A DNA stretch of 64,000 bases from Takakia lepidozioides (GCA_030704615.1 CM060734.1:6820001-6884000), one strand, 5' to 3'; shown: positions 13,057-25,423, counted from the first letter of the stretch. A program made the numbers and translations. Notes: a model not told the origin generated them from the sequence alone.

Positions 13057-13899
13057 CCCCTGAAGGACGATGCGACTGTTTTGGGGTCGTGTCGTTTTTC
13101 CACTTAGTTGTACATGGTGAGGATGGTATCCGATGAAGGTGCGCCCCAAAGCAAAGTTGTAGCTTACTTTGTCAGCTATTGAATGCATTAAATGTCGTGC
13201 CATTTGGATCACTACAACGTGGCCTAGGATTTTTGACATGTGTAAAAGTGCAAATTTTGTGTGGTGTGTAGGTGTTGGGCCAATGAGCGCCTAGGGCAAG
13301 GACGCGTTTCCTGCCATTGCTGAAAAGTGGGTAATCCACTGTATGCCACATCCCCTGAGGCAAACTTGGAAATTCCAACTGTGAATTAGTGCATTCTCTT
13401 TGTATTCCTACCTGACATTTACTCACTATTGAAATTTGCTATTTCATGCAAAATTTCTTCTGCTCGTTGCATCCAAGGAAAAAGCCTTGTTCTTTTTGCC
13501 CACAGGTACCCCTAAGCAGTTACATACAAAGGGGCACTAATGAAAATAGGTCATTACATGCTGAAATTTGGACACAATGTCCTCCACTTGGTAGGCAACA
13601 ATTGGTCAAAAATAGGAGGGGAACCTAGAACTGGAACATGAAAAAAAGTGGTGGTCAAACCAAGTTTTTCCATGAGTTTTTGTATGAGCCTACAAATTGG
13701 GGGTCACTCCCTCATTATAATCTACTCATTCCAACGGTGGAATGACTTGAGAATGTTTGACCACCTATATGATTAGTTACTGACAACATTGTACGGTTCA
13801 TCCACATCGATAAATTTTGGCAACAACATACATCCACTCGAGTCAGGCCATGTCAGGTTTTTCTAAAAAATCGCAAAAAAAACTTTCGTCCTTTAGGGG
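13057..13899. mobile_element. Non-autonomous piggyBac-type element (843 bp)
   Basis: TTAA on both sides (13053-13056, 13900-13903); TIRs CCCCTGAAGGACGA / TCGTCCTTTAGGGG match at 13 of 14 nt; no transposase ORF. Confidence 0.8.
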
Positions 13900-15889
13900 T
13901 TAATGTCATAGGATCTACCAGTGGAATGCATCTTTACATAAACAGGCAAATGCATTTACCTCTTATACTATTTGCTTGAATGTTGTTGTGCTTGGACCTT
14001 CCTTGGACCTTGTGAAGTGTAAGCATATGTTGTTGTGGACCCACTTGGGCAGTACACTTGGTTTTAGCGAGGTGGACACACTTTTGCAACGGGACACTAG
14101 CACTTATTAGTGGGACATATGTTGTAATTTTTTGCCATGTCTTGTTAGGGCTACATTATTTGTAGAACTTCCTCTGTTCCTGGTGCCAGTGACATTGGCT
14201 CCACAACATGAACATTGATTATAAATCAATGTAGACACAGTTCCTGCGGGTGTTGATAGTTGGTGAGCAGGTGAGCGGGTGAGCAGATGAGCATACCAAA
14301 ATTTTCGTTAGCATAAAATCAAAAGTAAATATTATGTGAGTACAATTTAAGATTTTCAGATACAATTAATTTATATGCTCACATTAATTTATACATATGA
14401 GCATTTATTTTTGTATTTTATTAGGATTGGAGTTTTTATTGACAAACAAAGCAGTAGCACTTCTTAAACCTCATGTCTCAGTAGCTTCAAACTCCAAAGT
14501 GTGGTGCTTCCTACCACATCCCCCAACACAGTATGTTTCTTAACATCGTTGAGATATGGTAAAGGAGTGTTAGTGAAGTATGTCTCTTTGATGTATATAG
14601 CCGCACCCACCCTGGGGCACTTTCAACATGAGAGATGACATGTATTATCCTTCTACAAAAATGAAGAAACAAAAGAAGATGAGGGCAACAGGCCATGGGA
14701 TATGCCAGATCACAAGCATGACAAGCGCGATCAAGCATGTTGTTATCATCATCACCCATATCACCGCAACCCCTACAACAATTCCACCACATTGGATATC
14801 AAGTCTATGACAAAGACCCCAATGGAGGGTTAAAATTACCGGTTCAGGACTAACCAGGTGGAACCCCTTCACCAAGCTTTTGCAATCCCTCATCTATGAT
14901 AGTTGCATGAAACATCCTTGAGACCTTTTCCTCAATTTTCAGAATGATTCTGTGGATTCAAGTGCCAAGGAAGGCTGGACAAGGAGAGGTAGACCCATAG
15001 AAGTGTTCAACTTTGTATTTCAACTTACCAAAAGCATTGCCAATGTTTGTAGCGGATTGAAATGTAAATATGACCACGAGACACAGAATCAGCAACGCTC
15101 TACCCTTGCACCATCAATGGTAGGGCAGTGCTGGATCTGCTCACAGGGACACCATTAGGCAACCACCATGACCCCAGATCTTCTTTTGTGGCACATCTAC
15201 GGTGGCAGGTAGACTTCTTCACTCATTGCCACGTATGTCAGCTCCTGGCATTTCGGCCTCGGGCCGGTTTTCTCTCTCAATGCAGACAGAGAGTGGTCAG
15301 TTACATGTGCTCCCTGCAAGGCAAGTACATGGAGATAACAAGCCTCAAACGGCAATTGGCTCTCTTGCTTTGCTTTGGCACAACATACGAGGAAGGTAAG
15401 TGCATGGGAGGCCCGCAGTTCGAGCAACCTTCGCATCAAAAGCAAGCAACCCTAGAAATGCTAGGGTATGTGTGCGAGGTGGTTTCGGCTGGGAGCTTGC
15501 CGTTCTTGGGAGAGTCAGCTTGGTCTTAGCAGGCCGTGTTTCAATCTCTACCCGCTCAGCTGCACCGTGGTGGTTCTCACAGACCAATCCAGCATTACCT
15601 GACTACAGACACAAACAGCACACACAAGAGGTCCTCTTGGGTTCATGGTCAGTCAAATCCTCCATGGGTCATGACCTATAGTCGAGGACAATGTGGTGAG
15701 GCACCTTCTTCTTTGACCTATTTCAGCTGTTTCGCCCTCACATCAGACTTGGCCCTGAATTTGCAGCACGGAGCAGAGCTGGCATGAGTTTTTTAAAAGA
15801 TCTTTCATGATGGTGGGACAACCGCAATCACAAGGTGTGGGTTTTTCTTAATTTACCCTACCCGGTTTTCCTTTTACTGTTTCTAGTAG

Positions 15890-16025
15890 GCACTGGCCCG
15901 TTTCGTACTATGGAACGGGTCCGGAGTTCCTCCTAGGAACGTGGCGAGCCCGTAGGGGCGAGCTTGCGTTCCGGTAGGGTGGAACGGGCTCCACCGGACC
16001 CGTTCCAGAGCGTAACCGGTGTCTT
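15890..16025. repeat. Long imperfect inverted repeat, MITE-like
   Basis: tggaacgggtccgg ... ccggacccgttcca arms around a gcgagcccgtaggggcgagc centre. Confidence 0.55.
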
Positions 16026-16302
16026 CCCACCGTTGATCAACAGATGGCTACGATCTACTAGATATGGGCCGTCGATATGACACACATATGCGACGATCTG
16101 ACGGTCTATATTAGTAGCTTCTCGGTGACGTGTTATGACACAGGACCAGCCGATAACGTTAAGGAAAAAACCTTAAAAAGTACCATAATAAGACACCAAA
16201 ACCGGTTACGGATATTGGATGGTTTTTTCATTTCATATTGTGATACCTCATCAATACAGTAAGATGTTAATGAAAAAACATAATATAGAAACATAAGTTT
16301 TT

Positions 16303-17261
16303 TTGTTATTTTTTGAAATGGAGATACTCATTCCAAAATCCTTTCATTTTCGCTTGTTGATCACTGGTTTTTGGCTGGAGATTTTAGCATGGTTGAGAAC
16401 CCAATTGATCGCCTTGGCTCCACGGTTCATACCATGTCTCCTAACGATATTTTTGCCTGGAACTCCTTATGTTTTTTGGTGGGGCTGTCTGACACCCAAG
16501 AATCTAATTCGAGTTATATTCGCTTGACTTGGTCCAACAACAGAGATCCTCCAGACCTATGCATGGCCAGACTGGACAGGGTATACTGCTCATGGGTTAA
16601 GCCGGCTGAGCAGTCTCCGATTCTGTCAGACTTCGATCATGTGCAGGTTTCTATTTTGATTAGCCCTCCTGGGATTCACTCCAAAGGTCGTGGTTTTTTT
16701 AAGCTAAACCCGGTGCTTCTTAAAGCTCCATCTTTCATCGCAGATCTTACTGCTGCCTGGAAGATTGCCGGCTCATCTGTGGATTCACACTTAAATACCT
16801 ACAAAAATTGTATGTTGCTCGGAAAGTAGCCCAATCTTTCGCCAAACAGGTGGTCAACGATGGACTAGGAAGGAGAAAGCTTTGCTTAAGTGTATATCAC
16901 ATTGTCAGTGGCTCATTGAGACGGGCTTGGTTGGACCCAGTACTTACGCTTCTCTGATAAAGGCTAAGAGCAACTTAGCTGCTCTAAGCAGTCTTAAGGA
17001 GAAAACTCTCAGGAGGAAGGCAAGCATTACTTGGTCCCTCAAAGGGGAAAAAATGAACTCATACTTATTCCAAAAGGTGCGTCAGAGACAAGTTGCTACA
17101 TCAATTTCCGCCCTAGTGGATGACGATGGAACTCTTGCCTCCGAGCCCAAGTCTATAGCGAAGATGGCGGGGCAATTATTTGCAAAACTTTTTGGACCAC
17201 GTTCACTGGATATCGCGCAGGCACGGGAATCAGTATTAAGTGAGGTCCCGTCTATCCTTTC
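16303..17261 (+). mobile_element. LINE ORF2 fragment (C-terminal half of APE endonuclease plus linker), degenerate
   Basis: AGDFSMVE, TWSNNR..ARLDRVY, SDFDH, FFKLNPVLL, WSLKGEKMNSYLF; interrupted at 17262 by a transposon end. Confidence 0.75.
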
Positions 17262-17415
17262 GGGGGGTGCTAGTCCGTGAGCGGCTCACGTGAGCGGAAA
17301 GATGCGTGAGCGGAAAGATGCCAATCCGTGAGCGGAAAGATGCTCACGTAATAGGGTGCATGGGCCTACAATCGCGGATGAGGAAGCCCCGGGAGACCTA
17401 TTTCCGCGGGAATGA
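17262..17415 (+). mobile_element. DNA transposon terminus with GTGAGC subterminal repeats
   Basis: GGGGGGTGCTAGTCCGTGAGC...CCTATTTCCGCGG is homologous to the reverse complement of 57241-57397. Confidence 0.6.
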
Positions 17416-18086
17416 GTGTACATATCATGCGTACTTGGATGAATGTTGGATGAATGATGGATGAATAATTCATGAATAGTTGAATGCGAGATGGCTGATG
17501 GATAGACATATGTTTCGCAATGCATGAACAATGGATGAGTGGATGGTTAAAGACTGGATGTATTATCGAGGGTCATCGCTCAGGTACTTCCCCGGAATGA
17601 GGATATAGTAGATGTACTTGAACCATACATTCAGAAAACACAGATGGAGTAGATGCTTGTTAATTCCCATTAAACCCCCTTGTAATCAATGTCGCGTTGA
17701 TGCAAGGTTGATCCCTAAACCTCCCAAAAGACTAGAAGACACGAAACACTAAGCAAGACAAAGATTTATTTCCCAAAAGAGTACCCTCGCTTGAAGAGTG
17801 GATTGGAACCTTAAACCTCATCCATATGGGATGGATGAATCGTCTAAAAGCAGCTAAGTGCTAAAGAACGGCCCTATGGCCTCCATCCTGCACGGATGCT
17901 TTCTTCCCCGTTTCGGAGAGATGCAGCAAGGAAAACTAGGGCGAGAATCCTATGCTATGCTCTTAGGGGGTCGCGGCAGACAAGCCTCTCCTACCAGAGG
18001 CTTTGAAGCTGAGTGATTGTGCATACGAAACCAACTAAATAGAAGAATATAAGTTTATCAAAGCGAGAAGGTGGCAACAACGATGA

Positions 18087-18562
18087 CTATCGGAATCTCA
18101 GCCTGGCTGCTGTCTTGATATGCCTCCAGTTTATATCCCTATCGAATTTTGGGGATGCTGCCATGGAGCGCCGACCCGAGATTCCTCCAACTGACTGGGG
18201 GGAGCGCTGTCCAGTTGCAGCTTGACTGATCGGGGGAGCTGCAGATGTGTCCGTTGGTGACCCAGGTGTTCTTGAAGGCTGCATGCAGTGCTGTTGCACA
18301 TTGAGGTGCTCTTTGAATGTCTGCACATAATTTTATCCAAGCTTTTCTTGCCTCAATTTGCAGATCCCAGAAGATTCTAGCTAACAAGACTGACAGAGAG
18401 CATGTAGAACCTGAGAAAGACCAAGCATAGCGCGCTTTCCATATATGCCATAGCATGGAGGCTCGCAAGCATTCGAAGACCGGACATTCAAGAGCCTATC
18501 CTTGGAGTTCTTATCATAATTAAGCAAGAGGGTGATGGGTACCAGGGGCTGCGGATTCCAAT
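18087..18562 (-). mobile_element. 3' end of LINE ORF2, continuation of 30477-31000 split by the gypsy insertion
   Basis: LWHIWKARY motif. Joining the flanks over one CAAT restores the reading frame ...GLYKDWNPQP... Confidence 0.8.
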
Positions 18563-19271
18563 TGTCGTGCGCATACATATCGCTACACAACTACATCGCT
18601 GTCCAAAACCACACAACACATGTGCACACCACACACTAGTATACCACTAGTCTACCATTAGTCCAGCCACTAAGCCAACCACTAGGCTACAACTAGTCAG
18701 TCACTAGGCTGCCACTACGCTGCCCACTATGGCAGTCACTAGTCCACACAATAGTGATAAAGAAGAAGAATACAAGCACAAGCTCATGCGAGCTCACAAA
18801 GCTGAAGCATAAACTCATGCATATATAACCTCATCACTCAAATACAAGTCAAGCCAAGTGCACCCCACGCCATGGGGAATCCACACTACGACGCCATAGC
18901 TAGGCGCGGTGAGGCTCAACTCGAGAAAGATGAGCCTCCCGCGCTTGCCGTGAAGATAACCACTCCAGGGCCTAAATCTGCCTTGACCCCTGGATTGACA
19001 CTTGGGCCAATCCCAAATGTCAATATGTAAAAGCTAGCTATTTCCTAGCTAGTTTCACACTAGTGGTAAAATAACTTGACAGCTATCGTGCGCATACATA
19101 TCGCTACACAACTACATCGCTGTCCAAAACCACACAACACATGTGCACACCACACACTAGTATACCACTAGTCTACCACTAGTCCAGCCACTAAGCCAAC
19201 CACTAGGCTACAACTAGTCAGTCACTAGGCTGCCACTACGCTGCCCACTATGGTAGTCACTAGTCCACACA
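18563..19271 (-). repeat. 3' terminal repeat block: A1 18563-18750, junction ATAG, B1 18755-19081, GC, A2 19084-19271
   Basis: A1 and A2 are both 188 bp with 3 substitutions seen. 18755-19271 forms a complete 517-bp TG..CA LTR next to the PPT. Confidence 0.92.
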
Positions 19272-19531
19272 ATCGCCCCCCTAGCTGGTGCTTAGGTCCC
19301 TCTAAGTCCAGGTAGCCACAAGATGTGATAGTGACCATAGCCTCACTAAGTCCTCCACCACTATCCCTACTACACTCAAACTCGATAGATCAAGAGGCCG
19401 GGTGCAAGAGTTGCCCCATCGTTAGTCGCCGTCTTGCAACCCGTGAACTTGAGCTTGGGATCTCATGTATTGACTCCTATGAGCTTGGCCTCCCATGTCT
19501 TGTTAGCTGCCTCCAGTCATGTCCACTGCCA

Positions 19532-20787
19532 CTATCCCAAGCAGTGTGGACACAACCAATCTCCGTCAGGAACCTTCTCAAGGGGTGGTGTCAAGCATCC
19601 CATATGCCAACCCCTTGAGCACCGATCACACACCAGCATGGTGGCTGCCCCTTTGGCAGACCCACAGAGCATGCACCTCAAACCTGCAGGTACCACTGCC
19701 AAGTTTGGGTCAACTCTGCCATCGACATTGGGAAGGTGACATGGCGCACAATTACGCACATGGTCTTTCCAAGTCATGCCATCCCGACCCTCTAAGATCA
19801 GGACCCCTGAGGGCAACACCTCTCGAACCCTCAGAATAACACGCCCTGCAGTAACATCCAGAGTCGTAGGAGCAGTCTGCTGCAAATAAACATAGTCACC
19901 AGGGCTAAACCTCCGAACCCCAGGACGATATCCTCCACCACGTATAGTGGCATACCTCAACGTATCACGGTGCTGTGCAATGGCAAGGTTCTCAAAAGCC
20001 ATGGGCATGACTTTCTTGAACAACTCTGCACGCTGATCACATGCACGTACCCACACGTCCGGATCGTCAAGGTTAAGGACTGGAGCAGTGTCCCTACGAA
20101 TGGCTGCAGGCAAATCCGGCTCTCGGCCAAAGAGAAGGAAATATGGTGAGAAGGAGGCAAGTGATGCTTGTTTGCTGAACCTGTAGCCCATGGCTAACCA
20201 AGGAACCTGAAGATCCCAATCTCCTAGGTGTCCCTTCTGCAAGCCATACTTGCGCAAACCCATCTTCACCGTCTGAACAACTCTCTCTCTGCTAAGCCAT
20301 CGGCCTCAGGATGATCCCGAGAAGTGGTGCGGTGGTCTATCAAGGCTTTATCACACAAAGCCTGAAACTCCCCCAAGAACTCTCTCCCTTGGTCCGTGAG
20401 TACCTCAGCTGGAGCACCAAATCGGCTAAGCACACGATCCAAGAATGCATACGCAGCCCCCTCACTAGCCTTGTCAGGCAATGGAACCAACTCAATCCAC
20501 TTGGAGAAGTGCTCCACCATCACCAACACATATCTGTGGTGGCGCATAGTCAGTGGCAACGGTCCTGCGAAGTCAAGACTCCACCTGTAGCCCAATCCCA
20601 TGATAGGTAAAGGATGCAACTGTGGTGTAGGGGCGTTGAATGAAGCACGCACCCTGTCACACACCATGCACCTAGCCACAAACTGTTGCACCTCTGTATG
20701 CATACCACGCCACCAATACTGCCCCTGCAGTAAACTGTGAGTGCGTCGCACTCCAAAATGCCCCAACTCCTCATGGGCATGCCGCAC
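19532..20787 (-). CDS. Integrase (HHCC + DDE core) with C-terminal PHD finger, frameshifted near 20270
   Basis: HEELGH..CMVC, WSLDFAGP, VLTDQGREF, PEADGLAER; PHD CMLC..LVCDRCSRGWHMGCLTPPL..VPDGDWLCPHC. Confidence 0.9.
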
Positions 20788-20844
20788 TAACCGTGCACGC
20801 TATGTGGGGTGAGGCACAATCCTCACCCGACCATCCTCCCACAC

Positions 20845-22509
20845 TCAAAGTATGTGTATCCCCTCCCACTTGAACCTCTTGGCTCGTTGCAGGATCCGAT
20901 CCCTCTCCCTGGCAGTCACAATGGCTGCCGTGTCTCCCGTGCGGAGGTAGTCCAACACAGCCAAATCCTCATGTATATCTCTGGCACCACCTAGCTCATC
21001 ACTAGCCTCAGGGTCCTCAGACACTCCGTCTACAGTCATCCCTGTTGTAGGTCCAATCTGACCTCCCGATGCCAAGATACACAAAAATGCAGATGCGTGC
21101 CATCCCGGCACCATCTTCTCGTCCGTCTCACCATGCCACTGAGCTCCAGTGTCATCCTGCTGGCTCATGCATGGATTGCGACTCAATCCATCCGCATCCC
21201 GATTGACCAAACCCGGTCGATGCACAATCTGAAAGTCATACTCCTGGAGTATAAGTGCCCACCGTGCAAGCTTCCCCGTAAGCTTGTCTGACTCCATCAA
21301 CCACTTGAGTGGCTGGTGATCCGTGACAAGGGTGAAAAGATTGCCGTATAGATAGCACCTGAAGTGTGCCACGGCCCACACTGCAGCTAAGCACTCTCCC
21401 TCATATGAGCTGTACTTAGCCTCTGCAGCGTTGTTCGAGCGGCTAGCGTAAGCCACTACGAACTCTCTTCCCTCATCATCCACCTGTGTGAGCACCGCTC
21501 CAAGCCCCAACATGCTCCAATCCATATGCAGCTGAAAGGGACGCCCCCTGATAGGTCGTCTCAAGATAGGCGCCGAGGTCAACCTCGCCTTGAGCTCTTG
21601 AAAAGCTCGTTCCTGCTCATCTTCCCACTGCCACTCCTGGTCCACCTTGATCAGCTTGGTTAGAGCCTTTGCAATGGTACTAAATCCCTTGACAAACCGT
21701 CTATAATAGTTTGCCAACCCCATGAAAGCTCGAACTCGGCTCACATCCATGGGGCGTGGAATTTGTGCAATGGCCTCTACCTTAGTCTGTTGTACCCCCA
21801 ATCCTCCAGGATATATCATGTGACCCAGATACTCAATCTGGTTGTGGAAAAACTTGCACTTCCCCGGATGCAACTTCAATCCGTGCGCTCTCAAGCGCTC
21901 CAATACCACCTGAAGGTGTCTCTCATGCTCCTCCATCGTAACACTAAAGATGATGATGTCATCTATGTAGCACCGAGCAAAGTCCACCCCTGCTAGAATC
22001 CTATCCATGACTCTCTGAAACTCTGCAGGAGCATTCTTAAGCCCAAATGGTAAGAACCGCCACTGATATAGGCAATCCTTGCCGTGCTCATTGATCCCCC
22101 AGAATGCCGTCTTCTGCTTGTCCGCCTCCTTGATTGGCAACTGGTGATATCCGGATCGTAAATCCAAAGTGCTAAAGGCCTTAGCATGCCCGATGGCATC
22201 AAAGATCTCCTCTGGTGTTGGCATGGCATACTTATCGGACTTGGTCTGACGATTTACAAGCCGGTAATCACCGCACAAACGTCTCTCCGTCCAATTGCCA
22301 TAGACATCCTTCTTGGCTGACATCACTGTGGCTGAAGCATACTCTCCACCAGAGAGCTCCACCAAACCTGCCTCCCAAAGATCTTGAGTCCTCATCTGAA
22401 TCAAAGACCTCTCCATGTCACTGTATCTATAGGGTCTCCAAAAGATTGGCGTGTCAGTGGCCAACTCAATACGAATCTCTTGACCCTTCAGTGCTCCCAA
22501 GTCCTTCAA
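20845..22509 (-). CDS. Reverse transcriptase + RNase H (Ty3/gypsy)
   Basis: LDLRSGYHQ, LPFGLKNAP, YIDD, YSSYEGECLA, TDHQPL, DADGLSR. Confidence 0.95.
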   Translation of the reverse strand: MKDLGALKGQEIRIELATDTPIFWRPYRYSDMERSLIQMRTQDLWEAGLVELSGGEYASATVMSAKKDVYGNWTERRLCGDYRLVNRQTKSDKYAMPTPEEIFDAIGHAKAFSTLDLRSGYHQLPIKEADKQKTAFWGINEHGKDCLYQWRFLPFGLKNAPAEFQRVMDRILAGVDFARCYIDDIIIFSVTMEEHERHLQVVLERLRAHGLKLHPGKCKFFHNQIEYLGHMIYPGGLGVQQTKVEAIAQIPRPMDVSRVRAFMGLANYYRRFVKGFSTIAKALTKLIKVDQEWQWEDEQERAFQELKARLTSAPILRRPIRGRPFQLHMDWSMLGLGAVLTQVDDEGREFVVAYASRSNNAAEAKYSSYEGECLAAVWAVAHFRCYLYGNLFTLVTDHQPLKWLMESDKLTGKLARWALILQEYDFQIVHRPGLVNRDADGLSRNPCMSQQDDTGAQWHGETDEKMVPGWHASAFLCILASGGQIGPTTGMTVDGVSEDPEASDELGGARDIHEDLAVLDYLRTGDTAAIVTARERDRILQRAKRFKWEGIHIL

Positions 22510-22960
22510 ACTGAAGGCAAAGCAATTCCTGTAAGCCCTCAGGAACCGCCGTATACGTCGTCTCTCTCCTCCGGTGACAATGGGTCCAATGTCAGGCTCC
22601 CAATTGTCCTCCGTAACTACAACCTTAAGTCCAGTGGGCTTAGAGGTAGAGGACGCGTCCCGTGGTTGCTATGCTGCAACCTCTTGAGCAGTACTCCCTA
22701 CCTGCTCAGTCAATGACAAGGCATCATCTGCCCCATCATCTCATCCTTGAGGACCTCCTCAACTCGAGAAGAATCCCCAACCTCATCCATCACAGCCGCC
22801 TTGGCTGCCAACTCCCTTTGAACCTCGAGCACCTCTCACGTGTGCCATGGATGCATGCACCCCGTGGTCCTCATATGCTCGCCCCCACTCACTGCCTGTA
22901 CCGTCTCGGTAGGCAGAGAGACCATTGAGGGAAGTGTATTCCGCACTCTGCGTTGCTCAG

Positions 22961-25423
22961 CTAGAGCCAAGCGATAATCCAGGTCAAGCAATTGAGATCC
23001 ATTGCTTGCCCCAACACTTGACGACGTGATGCCTCAGAAAGAGACGACACCGCCGTGGTACCAGTGGTAAAACCCATTGCCCGCTCACGCTCGTCAGCAT
23101 TAGGCTCCACTAACTGCTGCAACTGAGCATCCCACAGGAGGCCAGGTCCCCTATCCCGGAAAGCATGCGATCCTGGGAAGCTGAGCAGTGTAGGTAATGC
23201 TGCTCGTGGTTGACCCACCTTGTTGACCACTGCCAAAGGCGAACGGTCATCGTGTCTCACACGTTGAGACTGCCTCCCTGTGTCCAGAATGTTATCCACT
23301 GTGAGATGTGCTGGCCGCTGCACCCCATCAAATGCACGCTTGAGCAGTGCGGGTGGCATCATGTTAGTCCACCATAGCCGTGGACGATGAGCCCGTGACC
23401 CCACTGTAGCTGCATCCAGCAACACTGCTGACCCAAGCCACGACCGGACTTGATGCACACTGGCCATCACCCTGGCCCGAGAATCGCCCATCAGTGGCAC
23501 ATTCTCCAAGATGTATGCTGGAGATACAGCTTGATGAAGCTGCAAGTGGCGCAAAACCCGCACCATCTCCCAAAACAGACCCGACCTCGAGTCTCGCAAT
23601 CCATTGCCATGCCCGGCTGATGAATGCCCTTGGCAGGGCCAACCTGCCACTACCAGATCAATGGAGCCAACCCGCTCCAAATCCTGCGCCCCCAGCAACG
23701 AAATGTCTGCTGGCAAGGCCTGCTGATATCCACGAATTGCAGACACCGACAACAACTCAGGGTACCGCTGCACCAACTGAGCAACATGGCGAAGTGAAAC
23801 GCGTCGTGCAGTCTCATCCCTCTCCACATACAGGTAACGCCGAACTCGTACACCTGCCTGTAACACAGCAGCCAATCCGGTGCTGATCCCGCCAAACAAG
23901 TCCAGAAGACAAATGCCTTCATCCGGAGACTGCCACACAATAGGTGTGGTGTCCAATGGAGACAATTGAGGTGGTCCTGGTGCAATCCCCACACTCTCCT
24001 CCTCTCCTGACGGTACAAAAGCCTCCACCCAGGCTTGTTGCACCCGTCGATCAGCATCCCGCTGCAAATCCTTGCTCGTGCCCCACAATGGAGTCTGAGC
24101 AACCATGGTAGGCAACTCCGCCATACCATACATGTCATCCTGCTCTCCCGGAGGTGGTACATCCTCTGAATGAGCATTGCCCTCAAGCAACTCTCTAGGC
24201 CAACTCACTGCCGCTGTGAATGCTGCTAGTGTCGGCATCTTGCCTCGCTGGGCAACCGCAACTCCTCCTATGAATGTCACAGGGAGCTGCGCACGCCGGC
24301 CCTCCCCTGACTGCCATGCAGGCCTATAGGAAGCTGACTCCTCCCAAAAATCCAGGGTGAAGCCCATGGGGTACAACACTGCCCCACCAACCAGGACATC
24401 GTATGAGACTGCGTCTGTCACAATGGCCTTGGCTCGCATCACTGAGCCATCTGTAGGGTGATCCGGCCGTAGTCTGATAGCCAACTCATGCCGTGTCATG
24501 CCCCGAGCCTGCTCCGATCCTCCCAGAGACGTCTGTATCTGGAAAGGACAAGGCTCCATATCCGCCTCCGTGAGGCCCAAGCCTGCAATAGCAGCTCTGC
24601 CCAGCATCAGTGGCTGAGCTCCCGAGTCCAACAAGACTCGCAGTGGCCGGTACCTCTTGCCTGCCGGTCCACTCAAACAGAAAATGCCATCCTGGTTGTC
24701 TAACATGACAACTCCAGGTGTCACCATGGCGCGCTCAATGGCTGGCCTAGCTGGCAGCTCCATCAACCTGGCAGCTGCAGCTTGCCATGGCGCCGCCGTG
24801 GCAGTCTTGACCCTCAAATCCGAGGATCCCTCCGGCACTACACCTCCCACTATCTCCGCAGAAGATGAAGTAACCTCCCCACTCTCACAGAGTGTAGCTG
24901 CCAGCCTGAACACCTCAGCTGGTCTTACCCCCGGCGTCGCAATCATGGTAGCCGAGAACAATGGAGCCTGGCACACAGATGTGGCCGCTCCTAGCAGCAC
25001 ACTAGCTGCCGTAGCCTTGGCAACACTAGGTAGTGGTGCTACCCGTGTAGCTCTCCCCAATGGCATAGTGACCTCCGCCTCGGTAACAGTCGGGCGAGAA
25101 CTAGGTGCCATGGATGGCGTCGACACTGTCTCCGCCAATGTGAATGACTGAGGAAGCCTAGCCTGACGGCTTGCCTCCCCACGCTGTGGATCCAACTCCA
25201 TCTCTGCACCTCGTGGCTCAGGAACTCGTGCTGCTCCTCGAGTCACGGCTGCAGCAGACTCCACCTGCACTAGTGGTAGTGCTGCTCCACACATGAATCC
25301 CATGCCTCCCATATCTCCTCCCTCAGGAGCAGGAGGTGGACCATCTGGCCTTAGAGCCGGTACCACCTGAGCTGTAGCCATGGCAGCGAGCCTCTGCTCT
25401 AGCTGCTGAAGCCGGTTGGCCAT
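22961..25423 (-). CDS. Aspartic protease fused in frame to a C5 cytosine DNA methyltransferase
   Basis: Protease VLLDSGA; DNMT motifs I LDLFGG, IV GWPCQG, VI ILENV, VIII HRPRLWW, IX ERERAMGF, X VLGQAM, in canonical order. Confidence 0.92.
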   Translation of the reverse strand: MANRLQQLEQRLAAMATAQVVPALRPDGPPPAPEGGDMGGMGFMCGAALPLVQVESAAAVTRGAARVPEPRGAEMELDPQRGEASRQARLPQSFTLAETVSTPSMAPSSRPTVTEAEVTMPLGRATRVAPLPSVAKATAASVLLGAATSVCQAPLFSATMIATPGVRPAEVFRLAATLCESGEVTSSSAEIVGGVVPEGSSDLRVKTATAAPWQAAAARLMELPARPAIERAMVTPGVVMLDNQDGIFCLSGPAGKRYRPLRVLLDSGAQPLMLGRAAIAGLGLTEADMEPCPFQIQTSLGGSEQARGMTRHELAIRLRPDHPTDGSVMRAKAIVTDAVSYDVLVGGAVLYPMGFTLDFWEESASYRPAWQSGEGRRAQLPVTFIGGVAVAQRGKMPTLAAFTAAVSWPRELLEGNAHSEDVPPPGEQDDMYGMAELPTMVAQTPLWGTSKDLQRDADRRVQQAWVEAFVPSGEEESVGIAPGPPQLSPLDTTPIVWQSPDEGICLLDLFGGISTGLAAVLQAGVRVRRYLYVERDETARRVSLRHVAQLVQRYPELLSVSAIRGYQQALPADISLLGAQDLERVGSIDLVVAGWPCQGHSSAGHGNGLRDSRSGLFWEMVRVLRHLQLHQAVSPAYILENVPLMGDSRARVMASVHQVRSWLGSAVLLDAATVGSRAHRPRLWWTNMMPPALLKRAFDGVQRPAHLTVDNILDTGRQSQRVRHDDRSPLAVVNKVGQPRAALPTLLSFPGSHAFRDRGPGLLWDAQLQQLVEPNADERERAMGFTTGTTAVSSLSEASRRQVLGQAMDLNCLTWIIAWL

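Noticed and set aside
14235-15800. Degraded DNA-transposon gene with GTGAGC repeats at 14260-14295
   Set aside because: No recognisable catalytic motif or paired ends; too decayed to call.
18563-19271. A-B-A block as an assembly duplication
   Set aside because: A1 and A2 differ at 3 sites, the junction dinucleotides match PBS-side and PPT-side bases, and the flanking LINE frame rejoins over the TSD. Read confirmation is still advisable.
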